64,000 bases of DNA, taken from assembly GCA_937625935.1 (NCBI GenBank), contig OW569344.1, positions 310,001 to 374,000 on the forward strand, read 5' to 3'. How positions within the stretch are numbered: position 1 is the first letter of the stretch; every line of letters starts with the position of its first letter. The notes below the pieces were generated by a model that searched no databases, was not told the DNA's origin, and worked only from the letters and a program-made list of their open reading frames with translations. This document shows positions 41,707-53,315 of the stretch, piece by piece. The stretch is from Tetramitus jugosus. Taxonomy: Eukaryota; Protista; Heterolobosea. Position numbers and translations under genes: made by a program.

Positions 41707-44700
41707 CTATTTTTTATTGGTTTGGGCGTTGGCTCTTTGTTGGGCTGACTGTTGTTGCTGTTGTTGTTGTTGCTGCTGTTGTTGCAACATGTACATCATG
41801 TTAAGTGGCACGGGTTGTGTGCCGAGTGCTCCTTGGAAAGCAGAGGCAGCACCCATAAATTGAGGGGTCATATAACCGCGCAGCTGGGCAGGTACAGCCG
41901 AATTATTCACAGTTCGCACAGGAGCATTCGTTCCAGGCATTCTTTGCATATGCTGTTGCATCATTGGGTAGGTGAGCATTGGACCAGTGTTAGGCATGCC
42001 ATTCATGTTTGGCATACCAGCCATGTTTGCTATATTCATTGCTGGTATTCCCGCCATATTAGCGATACCTGCCATGTTTGCCACGTTAGGGAATTGAGAA
42101 AGATTGTAAGGTAGAGTAGGAGAAAATAGACCTGATGTAGGAGTCATCACAGGAGTCGGTGTGGTTGGTGTTCGGCTGACATTAAGGACAGCATTGACTG
42201 GTGCCTTTCTTGGAACTGAAGAAGCTGCTGGAGTTCCTCCATTATTCTGTTGTGGTGTGACAGAACGAGCAGCAGCATTTGCAGGGATTGCTGGTTGGCG
42301 GACAGCAGCATTACCGTTCGTATTTACATTTGAAACCAACTGCTCTGGAAGGGCGGACATTGCAGGATTTGGAGTCGTAGTACCTGTGAGCATCTGACCG
42401 GGCAGTTTGGGTTGAGCTGATGGTGGCATTTGGACAGGACGCGCGTTTTGAGCTTGACCTGGTTTACTAACACCAGGACTCACAACAATATTACCTCTGT
42501 TGGCCATTTGATTCTGCATTAAAGATTCTGTGTCTAGCTCTTGATCAACAAGCATTTTGGTTTTGCCATTACTAGTAAACATATCCTTCAATCTTCGAAC
42601 ATATAGATCTGTGGCATGTTTGCCTCCTATTGGACAGCTAATTCCCTGTTCACCTGCTGAGTTAATTAATGCTTCGAATCGTTTGCCATGAATGTCACTC
42701 GGCATAATCCTCACATGCCACACCTTATTCTTATCATGGGTCGATTGGAACTTCAAACTTCTTGCTCTCGCAGGATGCTTGTTGTTCACAAAGATAGCAT
42801 GGGTTTTCTCCAAAAAGGTGGAAGGTGACATTTCCTTCTCTGGATGGCGAGGAAAGCTGTTACTGAACAGTGATTTCTTTTGCTTACTGGAGACTTTTTG
42901 CTTTCTCTTCTTGCCGCTAGGAGTGATCAGACCATCCGATTCTAAAGCAGCCGTAGTTGCAGCTCTCCAATCTGCATTCTTACTAGAGGACAATACATAA
43001 TTGAGGAGAGCGTGATCAGACCTTCTTGCACTGGCTTGCGAGATGGAGGATGCGCCGTGTGATGATAGAGGATTGAGATTGAATCGATCACTACGGGCGA
43101 GAGATCTCTTCCTCCTTCTAAAGTTCATTTTCTGACTATTGTTATGAAGTGTGTTAGAAATTTTGAGCACATCGCTATTCGACGATATGCAAAGCTCTGG
43201 ATGAGTGCAGAGCAAAATTTTCTCCAAAATGCGCGTTCGTTGATCGCTAGATATCTCTTCCTTGGGAAAGTTCTCATCAATAAATAGATTCACATCCTTG
43301 ATAATAAACTCGGGCTCTGGTCTGAGTAGTATGGTACAGCATGGGATATGTGTCATAGGAGCAACTGTTGCGTGAGTTGGTGCCTGCGCAGAAGATTGTG
43401 TCGTCGTTACTTCTTCAGTTTTCAAATCGTCACCCCTCTTACCACCCTTCTTTGTTGCGGTAGTAGCTACGTTCGCAGTGGCCTTCTTCTTTTTGTCTGC
43501 CTTGGTAGATGCTGCGGTGGCAGATGAGCTACCACTGTTGCTTGCAGTTGTGGATCGACCCACATGGCCCATTTGCAAGACTTGCTCCTGTTGTTGATTC
43601 ATTAGTTCCTGTTCTCTCATATCCATGATTTGAATCACAATTGCACCATCATAAAATTTCAAATGTTGCAAATCTGAAATCTCTTCCAACAACTCTGGTA
43701 CCAATCGATTGGATGCAATTTCCTTCAGGAAGGCCTTTGTTGCCTGATTGTACGTGAGCATAGCAGGTGGCTTCGTTGATGATGATGTCATCTCAATAGA
43801 AAAATTATTGGCATAGAGCTTAATTGTGAGAGATACTTGCAACGGTTCCAACAAGTTCAGCTTTGGTTCCATTTCATAATTCAACAACAAATCAACACTA
43901 GCCCCAGCGTCACTACTACTACTACTTGTCACAGAAGATTTCTTCTTCTCATCAACCGAGAATAAACTCTTCATGGGAGCGGACAACAAATCAGAGAGTG
44001 ATGGTTCAAATGTTGTTGTTGGTGATAATGGTGTAACAGCAGCAGCAGCAGTAGTAGTCGTGTTTGGTGATTGAAATTGTTTCTTGTCTGCTGTTGTTAA
44101 ATCAACTAAGTCGTCACTCTCCAGTTTTGCACTATTACTACTATGACTACTACTACTACCACCACTTCCATTGAAGCTCAAATCAGACACGTCAATCATG
44201 TGGGCACACGTAGAAGAGTCATCATTATTGTCACTCAGAGTGCCATTTGGAACAATGATACTGCTATCGTCGTGATTACCATGGTGAAAGTATTGAAACA
44301 ATGTGTCATCAATGTACTCTTCAACATCAGTTTTCCACATGTCGTGCATTGAACATGATTGATCATGTAGATTACACATGTAGCATGATGTTGTTGTGGT
44401 AGTACTTGAGTCAATCTTTTTGATACTTGCTTGTTCATGTTCTTTCGTGGAGCTTTGCTTGTCTGATGATGTTGATGATGACGCTGCTGGTGATAATGTT
44501 GATGACTCTTCCTTCTTCTTGAGATTAATGTTGAATAGATGAGGTGTGGTTGGTTTAGTCAATTGTTTTGAACCTTCTTCTTTGGTGGATAAATGTTCAT
44601 CTCCATCTTCTTCGTCATAACCGAAAACATCACTCAGAGATTGGGCATTCGGAGAATTTTCATCCAGGTTGGTTTTTTGTTTTTTTGTTTGGCTTTGTTC

Positions 44701-44787
44701 ATTATTTTCTGTGGGAGTGGCAGATTGATTGTTGTCTTGTGCGAGTGTGGTTCTCTTCCTTTTTTGAATTTTGATTGTGAATGTCAT
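41707..44787 (-). CDS. SPT20: SAGA complex subunit Spt20-like
   Basis: SLTIKLY...LTYN...FLKEIASNRLVPELLE...FYDGAIVIQIMDMR...ILLRP...EKILLCTHPELC. Q/M/P-rich C-terminus. Confidence 0.8.
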   Translation of the reverse strand: MTFTIKIQKRKRTTLAQDNNQSATPTENNEQSQTKKQKTNLDENSPNAQSLSDVFGYDEEDGDEHLSTKEEGSKQLTKPTTPHLFNINLKKKEESSTLSPAASSSTSSDKQSSTKEHEQASIKKIDSSTTTTTSCYMCNLHDQSCSMHDMWKTDVEEYIDDTLFQYFHHGNHDDSSIIVPNGTLSDNNDDSSTCAHMIDVSDLSFNGSGGSSSSHSSNSAKLESDDLVDLTTADKKQFQSPNTTTTAAAAVTPLSPTTTFEPSLSDLLSAPMKSLFSVDEKKKSSVTSSSSSDAGASVDLLLNYEMEPKLNLLEPLQVSLTIKLYANNFSIEMTSSSTKPPAMLTYNQATKAFLKEIASNRLVPELLEEISDLQHLKFYDGAIVIQIMDMREQELMNQQQEQVLQMGHVGRSTTASNSGSSSATAASTKADKKKKATANVATTATKKGGKRGDDLKTEEVTTTQSSAQAPTHATVAPMTHIPCCTILLRPEPEFIIKDVNLFIDENFPKEEISSDQRTRILEKILLCTHPELCISSNSDVLKISNTLHNNSQKMNFRRRKRSLARSDRFNLNPLSSHGASSISQASARRSDHALLNYVLSSSKNADWRAATTAALESDGLITPSGKKRKQKVSSKQKKSLFSNSFPRHPEKEMSPSTFLEKTHAIFVNNKHPARARSLKFQSTHDKNKVWHVRIMPSDIHGKRFEALINSAGEQGISCPIGGKHATDLYVRRLKDMFTSNGKTKMLVDQELDTESLMQNQMANRGNIVVSPGVSKPGQAQNARPVQMPPSAQPKLPGQMLTGTTTPNPAMSALPEQLVSNVNTNGNAAVRQPAIPANAAARSVTPQQNNGGTPAASSVPRKAPVNAVLNVSRTPTTPTPVMTPTSGLFSPTLPYNLSQFPNVANMAGIANMAGIPAMNIANMAGMPNMNGMPNTGPMLTYPMMQQHMQRMPGTNAPVRTVNNSAVPAQLRGYMTPQFMGAASAFQGALGTQPVPLNMMYMLQQQQQQQQQQQQSAQQRANAQTNKK

Positions 44788-44888
44788 TTGATTGTATTGA
44801 TTGGTTCAGATCACCAGATGATGAAAGAACTCTTTTTTGTTTTTTTTTGCGTGTTTCACGAAATTTTTTTTCTCTTTTGGTAACGTTT

Positions 44889-46226
44889 TTATTGTATTCG
44901 CGGTGCGGCTGTCGATGAGGATACTCGAGAAACTAGCACAGTAATGTCGTCTACTTGACCACCACTCCAATACACTCCAAACTTCTCTGCTTCTGCCACA
45001 AATGGAATAGCGCTGTCATCGACATATGGATCAGAGCTCTTGCGAACCGCTTGTTCACAAATGAACCGACTCAAATAGGAAACACTCTTCCTGTGCAATG
45101 TATTATTGTCTTCCTTATTGGTGATGAACCATGATTCAATCTCACATGGATGTACATTGGCCCACAATCCATCTGTTCCCACAACAATAATATCACCATC
45201 TTTGACTTTCATGGTTGTTGTCTCTGCACTCGACGGTTCATCACAAATCATTGTGCTCTTCTCTCTGTCCCACTCTCGAGGCAATATAGTCAACACATAG
45301 GGTACATTGAACGTGTGCCATTGATAGGTACTCTTGTAAATGATGCCTTGACCTGGTCGAATCACAATAAAACCAGAATCTCCCAAATTCTGACAAGTAA
45401 AGAGCAATGTTTTGTTTGTTTGTGTGAGTGGTGAGTGTGAGTGGTTTTTGAGTTCATTGTTGTGCTCAGTGGTGATACAATGATAAGAATACATCATTGG
45501 GTAAATAAGAATACATACGTGACCCACAATTGTGACATGTTCTTCTTCCTGCTCTTGTTGCTGTTGCTGTTGCTGTTGATGATGATAGCTAATGGAGAGG
45601 CAGCATGCAGTTGTGCTTCCTGCAGGCACCAAATTTTGGTCCTTGATCATTTGATAGGCATCGTTCAGCACATTGTAAGCGTTACTCGTGTTGGAATCAA
45701 TCAAGAATTGACAATGATTCATCAGTGACCGGCTCATCATACTAGAATCGAAACCCTTGCTCTTCCATGCTCCCACACCATCTGCTACACCGACTGATTG
45801 ACCATTGACACTAAAGAAACAAGAATCCTCACCAGCAAACGACATCGTGTTCTTGTCAACTGATGGTGATGATTTGTCAGTGTTACTACTATTGTTATTG
45901 TTTATGCTGCTGACATTGACAATGGTCTTCATGATTGTTGATGATGGTGATGATGACAATGATGATGCTTGTTGGGAGGATTTCAAATGGGGTGGTTGTT
46001 GTTGTTGTTGTTGTTTCAGATAGCGGTTGAATTGTGGGACTTGATCCTTTGAGAGGAGTGAAGCTGCAGAGATGAGAGTGGTGGTTGTTTTGGATGGTTG
46101 TTGTTGTTGTTGATGACTGTAGCTCCGGAGTGGCAATCGACCTTCCCTAGTGGTTGGCGGAAGAGCACCACGCATAACAAATCTTCTCAGCGAGTTCACA
46201 TTGCGACATTGTGATGATAAGGACAT
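44889..46226 (-). CDS. PTC7: PP2C phosphatase PTC7 homolog (probable intron 45390-45518)
   Basis: GEDSCF, GVADGVGAW, GSTTAC, NLGDSGF, FNVPY, TDGLW, DDITV. Presequence-like N-terminus. Confidence 0.9.
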   Translation of the reverse strand: MSLSSQCRNVNSLRRFVMRGALPPTTREGRLPLRSYSHQQQQQPSKTTTTLISAASLLSKDQVPQFNRYLKQQQQQQPPHLKSSQQASSLSSSPSSTIMKTIVNVSSINNNNSSNTDKSSPSVDKNTMSFAGEDSCFFSVNGQSVGVADGVGAWKSKGFDSSMMSRSLMNHCQFLIDSNTSNAYNVLNDAYQMIKDQNLVPAGSTTACCLSISYHHQQQQQQQQEQEEEHVTIVGHVCILIYPMMYSYHCITTEHNNELKNHSHSPLTQTNKTLLFTCQNLGDSGFIVIRPGQGIIYKSTYQWHTFNVPYVLTILPREWDREKSTMICDEPSSAETTTMKVKDGDIIVVGTDGLWANVHPCEIESWFITNKEDNNTLHRKSVSYLSRFICEQAVRKSSDPYVDDSAIPFVAEAEKFGVYWSGGQVDDITVLVSRVSSSTAAPRIQ

Positions 46227-46372
46227 GAGGCAATCAGACAAGAATATAAATTATTAAAATAGTGGTTTTGTTCTTTTGGTTTTGTGTGAAATGCGCTTTC
46301 GTGGAATCCTATCCCACGTCGGCCAGATGCGAACGGACATGGCTGTTTGATTTTGCAGTTCAACGCTATTTT

Positions 46373-48674
46373 TTACTGTTTGATTTGCTGGAACCAAGCA
46401 TGGAACTCATGCAGCTTTGACAGATATTGTGTTTTTGTCAATTCAGGGTTGTCATTGATCCATGCCAGGGTTTGAGAGGTGTAATCATTCACAAGTTGGA
46501 TCTTTGCTGTATCGGTGCTGAATTGTTCCCGCAGAGTTCGTCTACACTTGTAGCAATAGTTTTCCAACTTTGTTCTGGCATCCTTGTTGACAAAGGCCTC
46601 CATATCGGCGTCATGTGCCTCAATAGCCTGCTTCAACATCTCATTCACTTCCTTTTCAATAATTTCGAGCTTCTTTGGATCGAAAACATCGGCTTCATCA
46701 TCAAAATCAGCTTCATTGTCCTCTTCGAATGTTTGGTCAGCTTGTTCGCTGTCCTCCGACACAGATCCATTATTCACCTTAACGTTGTGAAGAACAAACT
46801 GAGGCTCAACTTGCTTATCAGAATCATCATCCGGTTCATCAATCTCCACAGATAATTCACCCTCTTCGTCGATGGAGAACAATAGCTTGCATTCAATTTC
46901 ACCACGTTCTTTCAGGTCTGCGCTGTTGACTAGTTGCAAAATATACAAGCCAATCTCCTTGTTCTCAGAGGCCAAGACTCTCTCTCCCTGAACGATACGG
47001 ACTAACATGTATTGTTGATCATCAAATGAATTGGAGACAACAAGTTCCTTTTCTGCGGGAACAGATGTAAAACGAGGGAATATGCTCACCATTCCATCTC
47101 CATGGGTACTCAATGAGATGGACAAAGGAACACATGGAACTTGAATCTTCTCATCAAACAGCGTCTTTTGTGGTTGAGAGGATGATTGGTTCTTCTTGTT
47201 GCCTTTTGATTGCGTCTTCTTGCTCTTCTTGGACGAAGATTTGCTTCCTTGTTGACTCTTTTGAATAATCAAGTTCGATTGCATGGCACCACCAACAGTT
47301 GGTGCATACTCAATTCCGTCAAAGTACTTGGTCTTATCATCTTCAGTCAATCCAAACTGTTTCAACACATTTTGCTTCAATTTAATCACTTTGCTTGTGC
47401 CTCCAATCAAAACAACGCGATCAATTCCGTTGAGTGCAGTCACAGTAGCAGGTATGACCTTTGCTCTCTTTGCATTGTCCAAACACTGTTGAACAATGGT
47501 TGGTGCTTGATTGAACACCTTATCAGCAGCCATCTCAAATCTACCTCTCAACAAGTCAATGTTCACATCAATACCATCCAACAGAGATTCGGCAGAAATG
47601 TTTGCTCTGTTCACATTGGATGTTGACAGGGTTGTCTTGGCTGTCTCGATGCACTGTTTCAACTTTCTAACAACTCGTGAGTTTGGATCAGATAGGATTT
47701 GCTTGTGTTCAGCACTCAATCGATTATTAAAATACTTTTTCGATATTTCTGTGATGACATAGTCGAGAACACATTGATCAATCTGATCTCCACCAATTGC
47801 GTTGCTTGTTTCAGAGTGCAATAGTGTCAACAGACCAGTGTCCACATGTCGAATCACCAGTGAAGCTCTGCTTGTTTGAAATCCGTAGTCCAGAACCATG
47901 ATGAGCTCTCTCTTGCCTTCAAGTGTCTGATCTCCACTGTTATTATTGCTACTGCTGTTGTTGTTGTTGCTATTGTTATTTTGATCAACATTGATTCCAA
48001 CAGGCTTATCAAACTCATAGGCCATGCATGCCAAGAGTGGCTCTGATGCAATTTGCAATAGATTTAAGCGCAAATTTTGAATAATGATCCGTTCGAGCAC
48101 TTGATTCTGTTCAGCAGTGTAATTCACAGGTGTAATCAACAAAATATTCTCTACAGATTTACCAGTGTAGTCCTCTGCAATGTGAATCATGTGTCTAATC
48201 ATATTCTCCATCAATGGTTCATTCTTCTTGTCAGTTGATCCGAAAAACATGGTTTTTTGATTGTTTGTAGAGTTCCATGCTCTTCCAAATGTATCAACCA
48301 TACCATGATCAGTATCAATGGGAGTGACTGTTGTTGGAGTGGCATAGAAACCATCGGGATTCGAGATGATGATTGCTTTTTGATCATTGACATTGTAGTA
48401 GGCAACTGTGCATGAATGAGAGCCTATTATTGTTGTTATTATTATTGTTATTGTGAGAAAGTTAGAAGTGAGTTCATTTCAACGTGTTGCAATACGTCCA
48501 AAGATTCAAAAAAACCATGATATCACCACCATACATACCAATATTGATCGCAACAGATATTTTCTCTGTGGGTGTGGGTGTTGAGTTGAAAGCAGCAGAT
48601 GGATTGCTGCCGGTGGGTGATGTTGCGTTTGCTTGTTGTTTGCTGGATTTACTGGCCTTGCCTTTCTTTGTCAT
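46373..48674 (-). CDS. Atypical Hsp70 (HSPA14/Ssz1-like), intron 48424-48538
   Basis: Spliced N-terminus VAINIGSHSCTVA...IISNPDGFYATPT. Also SEPLLACMAY, VLDYG, IGGDQID, AKTTLS, ESLLDGID, RGRFE, VVLIGGTSKV, QGER. No EEVD. Confidence 0.8.
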
Positions 48675-48800
48675 GATGTGTGTGTTGTTGTGTGAATGCC
48701 GACTTGTTGTTGTGTTGTTGTTTTTATGGACAGCAGGTTTGTGTGAACACCGATGTGAAAAGTTCAATAGATTTGTGCAACTCCTTCCTGGAGTCAAAAA

Positions 48801-48871
48801 TGCATTGACCGGGAATCGAACCCGGGTCCTCAGCTTGGAAGGCTGAGATGCTGCCTCTACACCATCAATGC
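48801..48871 (-). tRNA. tRNA-Gly(UCC)
   Basis: Minus strand GCATTGA...TCAATGC-A acceptor stem, anticodon arm TCAGC-CTTCCAA-GCTGA, T arm CCGGG-TTCGATT-CCCGG, followed by a TTTTT Pol III terminator. Confidence 0.97.
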
Positions 48872-49200
48872 TCCTTGTTTGTATCTTCTAATTGTTCATA
48901 TTTATATCTATTTAAAAATATTTCTCCGAATCAACACGGATATCGCCAAGAAAAAAACGAAGCCGATCGTGGATAATACTAAGAGGAGATGTATTGAGGT
49001 GATGCTTCGCCTCTTCGCAAGCTCCAAGGAGATGGCAACCAACAAACAATGCAACATATACGAAACAGTCACATCATGTAAAGAGAATCAACAACGAGTA
49101 AACAGAGCAACCATGGTTGTATTAAAAAAAAAGATATTTCTCCAACCTTGTCACTGTCATCGGAACAAAAAAAAACAAGAAAACACAAACAACGAATAAA

Positions 49201-50267
49201 ATGATAACGAACCTAGAGAATGTCAAGTTGATGACCGTCGGTGATGGTGCTGTAGGAAAGGTAAATTGAGACATTTCATTTTGTTCTCTCATCATACTCC
49301 GCATGAGACATGTTACTCACACCCCACTTTTCATTCATCCAACCACATATAGACGTCACTGCTCATGTCCTATGCTCAAGACACATTCCCAACTGAGTAT
49401 ACACCAACTGTATTTGATAATTATAACTGTACTATGGTTCTCAATGATAAAATCAATGTTTCGTTGGGACTGTGGGATACTGCTGTATGTGGGTCATTTG
49501 TTGCTTTTTTTTTGGGTCGAGACTGACAAATTTGTCACATTGTTCAATTTCGTGTTGAACTGTTTTTTTTTTGAATACCAATGTACTAACCGATAAATAA
49601 TAATACGTGTAATGATAATGATAAAACTCGATATTAGGGTCAAGATGATTTTGAACAAATGAGACCATTGGCCTATCCAGGAACTCACGTATTCCTCATT
49701 TGTTTTTCATTGGCCAGCTCCATTTCACTATCAAACGTTAGACACAAGTGTATGTTGTTATATTGATTGTTCTCAGAACATCCCAGATGACTCACACCTA
49801 TACTTTTTTTATATACGTGATGAATGATCCATTCATTGGCTTGTTCTCTCACTCATCATGTATCATTGTGTGTGTGTGTGTGTGACAATACAGGGATAAA
49901 AGAAGTGCGTTCCTTCTCCACTGATGTGCCAGTTGTGCTCTGTGGCACAAAGCTCGACTTGTTCGAAGATGAGGCATTCAAGAAGCAACTCGAAGACAAG
50001 GGTGTCGATTCATGTGTCGATGAAGAAGAAGTGAAAAAAGTGGCAGCAGAGATTGGTGCCAGTGCATGCATCAAGTGCAGTGGTAAGACGCAGAAGAACA
50101 TGTCCGAAGTGTTTAGACAGTGTGCCATCGCAGGACTCGTATTCCAAGGCGTTCTCAAATCACCTGACAACAACAACAACAATAGTGGCAACAATGGAAA
50201 GCCGAATGAACGTGGTGGTACAAATGGTGCAGGAAACAATAATGGTGGTTGCTGTATCATTTGTTGA
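49201..50267 (+). CDS. Rho/Rac-family small GTPase (exons 49201-49260, 49353-49484, 49638-49749, 49894-50267)
   Basis: VGDGAVGK|[22 protein letters not shown]|[26 protein letters not shown]-terminal CCIIC prenylation motif. Confidence 0.93.
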
Positions 50268-50693
50268 GAAAAGAGTCGATACTAGTCTCCATGTCTTTCT
50301 TCACAGTGATGTACAGGCAGTGCTGGACAGGATTAACCGGTCACTACAAAATACCTTGAACGACTACTAATAATGTACTAGTTATCACCATTTGGTCAAA
50401 AAAGAATGGTGACAGCAACAACAGCAACAACAACAACACCTGAATGAAAAACTACCAGAGATATTTATGATAAATGATGATGATAATGATGATAACAACG
50501 ATAATAACAACAATAATAATAACAATGATGACGACAACGACAATAGTCATTGCACTAGAAGAGGTAACTCTCTCTCGTACTTGCTGTGTGAGCTCAATCA
50601 CAAGTTACAGACAATATTTTTAAGTGACACAAGTAGTCACAACACAATTAAACAATCCAAAATTCTCTAAAAATTACTTTTCGCAATACTTGC

Positions 50694-53156
50694 TCACTCA
50701 TATCTGCGATGTTTATGCTTGTGCTTTGATGATTTGTGTCTCTTCTCGTAGCTACTACTACTTTCATCGCTAGAAGAATAGCGATGTCTCTTCCTCTTCT
50801 TGTCACGCTTGCGCTCTTTCCGTTTCCTCTTTTCCCTTCTCTTCCATTTCTTTTCCCTTCTCCTTTGATCTTCTTCGTCATCGGATGAACTAGAGTCTGC
50901 CTTATTGCCCAGAAGCCGTTTCACTTGAGCGATTTGAGATTGTAGTTGAGCAAGCTTCGTAATATTAGGATCATTCACTATTCCAGGAACGGCGGAAATT
51001 GAACTTGATGGTGGAGTGACGATCGTTGTTGGTTGTTGGTCTCTTGAAGTTGGAGGTTGTGCCTGTTGTTTAAGCAACTCAAATGGAAATGCTTCTTCTT
51101 CCTCTTCTTCTTGTTCTTTGGGTGGAGATACAATGAGAGGTGTTGTGCTGGGCGGAGTGATACCTTGAGAAGGCGAGTATGGTTCGGAGGGAGGTGCACT
51201 TGTCTGGTCGTCATCTCCAAAAACTGATTTGAAAATGTCCATGGAAGGTCTATGAGTTACAGCAATCTTCTCAATGTTTGTCGTACTTTGGAGTGATTGG
51301 GTGGAACCGGCTGTTGTTGTTGACTGCTTATCGGATGGCAGCTTGAAACCGCCGAATAGAGAGTCATCAAATATGGAATTTGCTTTGCCCTCTCTCACAC
51401 CTTGTGTTCCTTTCGTGGGAGCGTTGGGCTTTGGGTTGGGGACGTTTAATCTCTTGCATAGAAGAGCCTCTGGATACCAGTCAAAGATCTCACGAGTTGT
51501 CTCCTTTGGAATTGTTGCTTCTTTGTTACTGATCTTTGTACTGCTGGGTATTATCGTATCTTTCTGTACCTCTCTTTGATGGTTTAATTCTTCATTTCGT
51601 TGCAGGCCATATTTCATGCTGCTTGTTGAACCTGTGTCAGTGGCTTTCACAAACCGATTTGTCATCACAGATGAGAGCTTATCTCTCATTTCTTTGGTTT
51701 CTTCAGACCACAACAGGGGTTGAGCTCTATGAGTGGTGTCAGAAGCTTGCTGTGACTGATTTGCTTGCACTTGCTTCTGTTTTGCTATACCTTGAATCCT
51801 AGCTCTGTCCTCTGGTTTCAGGTAACTCCAGAATGGATCTGAAAACTCATCTTCTTGACACTCTTCTTCCTTGTTTTCTCCCAATAGTACTGCCCTCTGA
51901 TGGATACTGTCTGCACTCAATTGAATCCTTGTTGGAACTGCAGTAGCTCGACCGATGCTGTCATCAGGAATCTTGAACCGACGTCGATGAGAACCAAGCA
52001 CAAAATCAGCAGGCACTGTAATCATTGGAAACTTTGATAAGACATTTTCATAGTACATATCCTTTGATTTGACAAACGTTGGAAGCCGTTGTGGTTTGGG
52101 TTGAGCAATGAGTCTTGCGTCTCTTTCACTTGCTGTCATTTCAAAATCATAGTCGCTCCTATCCAACTGAGAATAAACACTGTCCGGATCAGATGCATCA
52201 TCCCACTTGCCCATTCTCATAAAATTCTTGTTCTTAGAGTTGACAAGTACTTGTTTCTCTCCGGAGGAAGAAGTTAATCGTTGATGGTCAATGAATCCCA
52301 TGCCGTGCTGGTTGTTGTTGCTGTTGTTGACTGTAATTGTATGCTCGTTGATCGTGTTCAATCGATGGATTGGCTGCTTCCACCATCCAATATTCTTCAA
52401 CAGTTGATGACCAATGGATTCATTTCTCTGTTTGAGACTGTGTATGAGTTGATTGACAGATGGCTCGCCATGAGTATTGCGATTGTGCTTCTCTTGTATT
52501 GTGAATCGATCACCAATATCATCATTATCATCATCATCATGATGAGTGACCATGGCACTAGTCTGACCAAACAATGCATTCAAATGAATCTCATCCAATG
52601 ATTTCTCCTTTTGTTTCCGAATGGGCACGAGTCGGTGGCTAGAATCTCTCATACTACTACTACTACTACTATTACTACTATTACTACTACTACTACGGTT
52701 CATCATCCAATCTTCTACATCTTCATCATCAACGATATCTGACAATTCAATCTTTTGTTTATACTCAGTATCATCATCAATCTTCTCCGTCTTTTGATGA
52801 TGCTGATGACTAATGAAAGACCTTGGTGTGAATCCCTCCTTGGATCCCACAGTGTTGAAATAACCGGCAGAGAATCCACCAGTGAATGCACCATGAAATC
52901 TCCTTCTGCCTTGATCATCGAATGCATATGAACTTTGATTCTTTAGTTTTTGAATGGTGGATGAATCATTATCTGTTGCAGCAGACTGCTGTTGTTGTTG
53001 TTGTTGTTGTTTTGATCTCACAATTGGTGTTCCATAATATGTTTGTATGATTCTGGTGGTTGATGATGAGGATGATGGTGATGATGACCCTAGTTGTTGT
53101 TGTTGTTGTTGTTGTTGCAAAATGTATTCTCGCTTGATGAGTCTGTTCTTATCCAT
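50694..53156 (-). CDS. GPATCH1: G-patch domain protein 1 (TOUGH-like)
   Basis: DDQGRRRFHGAFTGGFSAGYFNTVGSKEG, SIGHQLLKNIGW, DWYPEALLCKRLNVPNP, RPSMDIFKSVF. K/R/S-rich tail. Confidence 0.92.
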   Translation of the reverse strand: MDKNRLIKREYILQQQQQQQQLGSSSPSSSSSTTRIIQTYYGTPIVRSKQQQQQQQQSAATDNDSSTIQKLKNQSSYAFDDQGRRRFHGAFTGGFSAGYFNTVGSKEGFTPRSFISHQHHQKTEKIDDDTEYKQKIELSDIVDDEDVEDWMMNRSSSSNSSNSSSSSSMRDSSHRLVPIRKQKEKSLDEIHLNALFGQTSAMVTHHDDDDNDDIGDRFTIQEKHNRNTHGEPSVNQLIHSLKQRNESIGHQLLKNIGWWKQPIHRLNTINEHTITVNNSNNNQHGMGFIDHQRLTSSSGEKQVLVNSKNKNFMRMGKWDDASDPDSVYSQLDRSDYDFEMTASERDARLIAQPKPQRLPTFVKSKDMYYENVLSKFPMITVPADFVLGSHRRRFKIPDDSIGRATAVPTRIQLSADSIHQRAVLLGENKEEECQEDEFSDPFWSYLKPEDRARIQGIAKQKQVQANQSQQASDTTHRAQPLLWSEETKEMRDKLSSVMTNRFVKATDTGSTSSMKYGLQRNEELNHQREVQKDTIIPSSTKISNKEATIPKETTREIFDWYPEALLCKRLNVPNPKPNAPTKGTQGVREGKANSIFDDSLFGGFKLPSDKQSTTTAGSTQSLQSTTNIEKIAVTHRPSMDIFKSVFGDDDQTSAPPSEPYSPSQGITPPSTTPLIVSPPKEQEEEEEEAFPFELLKQQAQPPTSRDQQPTTIVTPPSSSISAVPGIVNDPNITKLAQLQSQIAQVKRLLGNKADSSSSDDEEDQRRREKKWKRREKRKRKERKRDKKRKRHRYSSSDESSSSYEKRHKSSKHKHKHRRYE

Positions 53157-53315
53157 GGTCTAACACTCATGATCATCAGGAATCGTGTGATGCTTTTGCT
53201 TGTTTTTGATCAAACAACAAAAACCATCATAAAACACGCAAAAAAATAACACAATCATCAACCTCGTTTCGATAGATATATATTTGAATCATCATCATCA
53301 TCAATCACAAACAAC

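Noticed and set aside
46290-46350. Small GC-rich hairpins with GAAA resembling a hammerhead ribozyme
   Set aside because: There is no CUGANGA core and the stem II closing pair does not fit.
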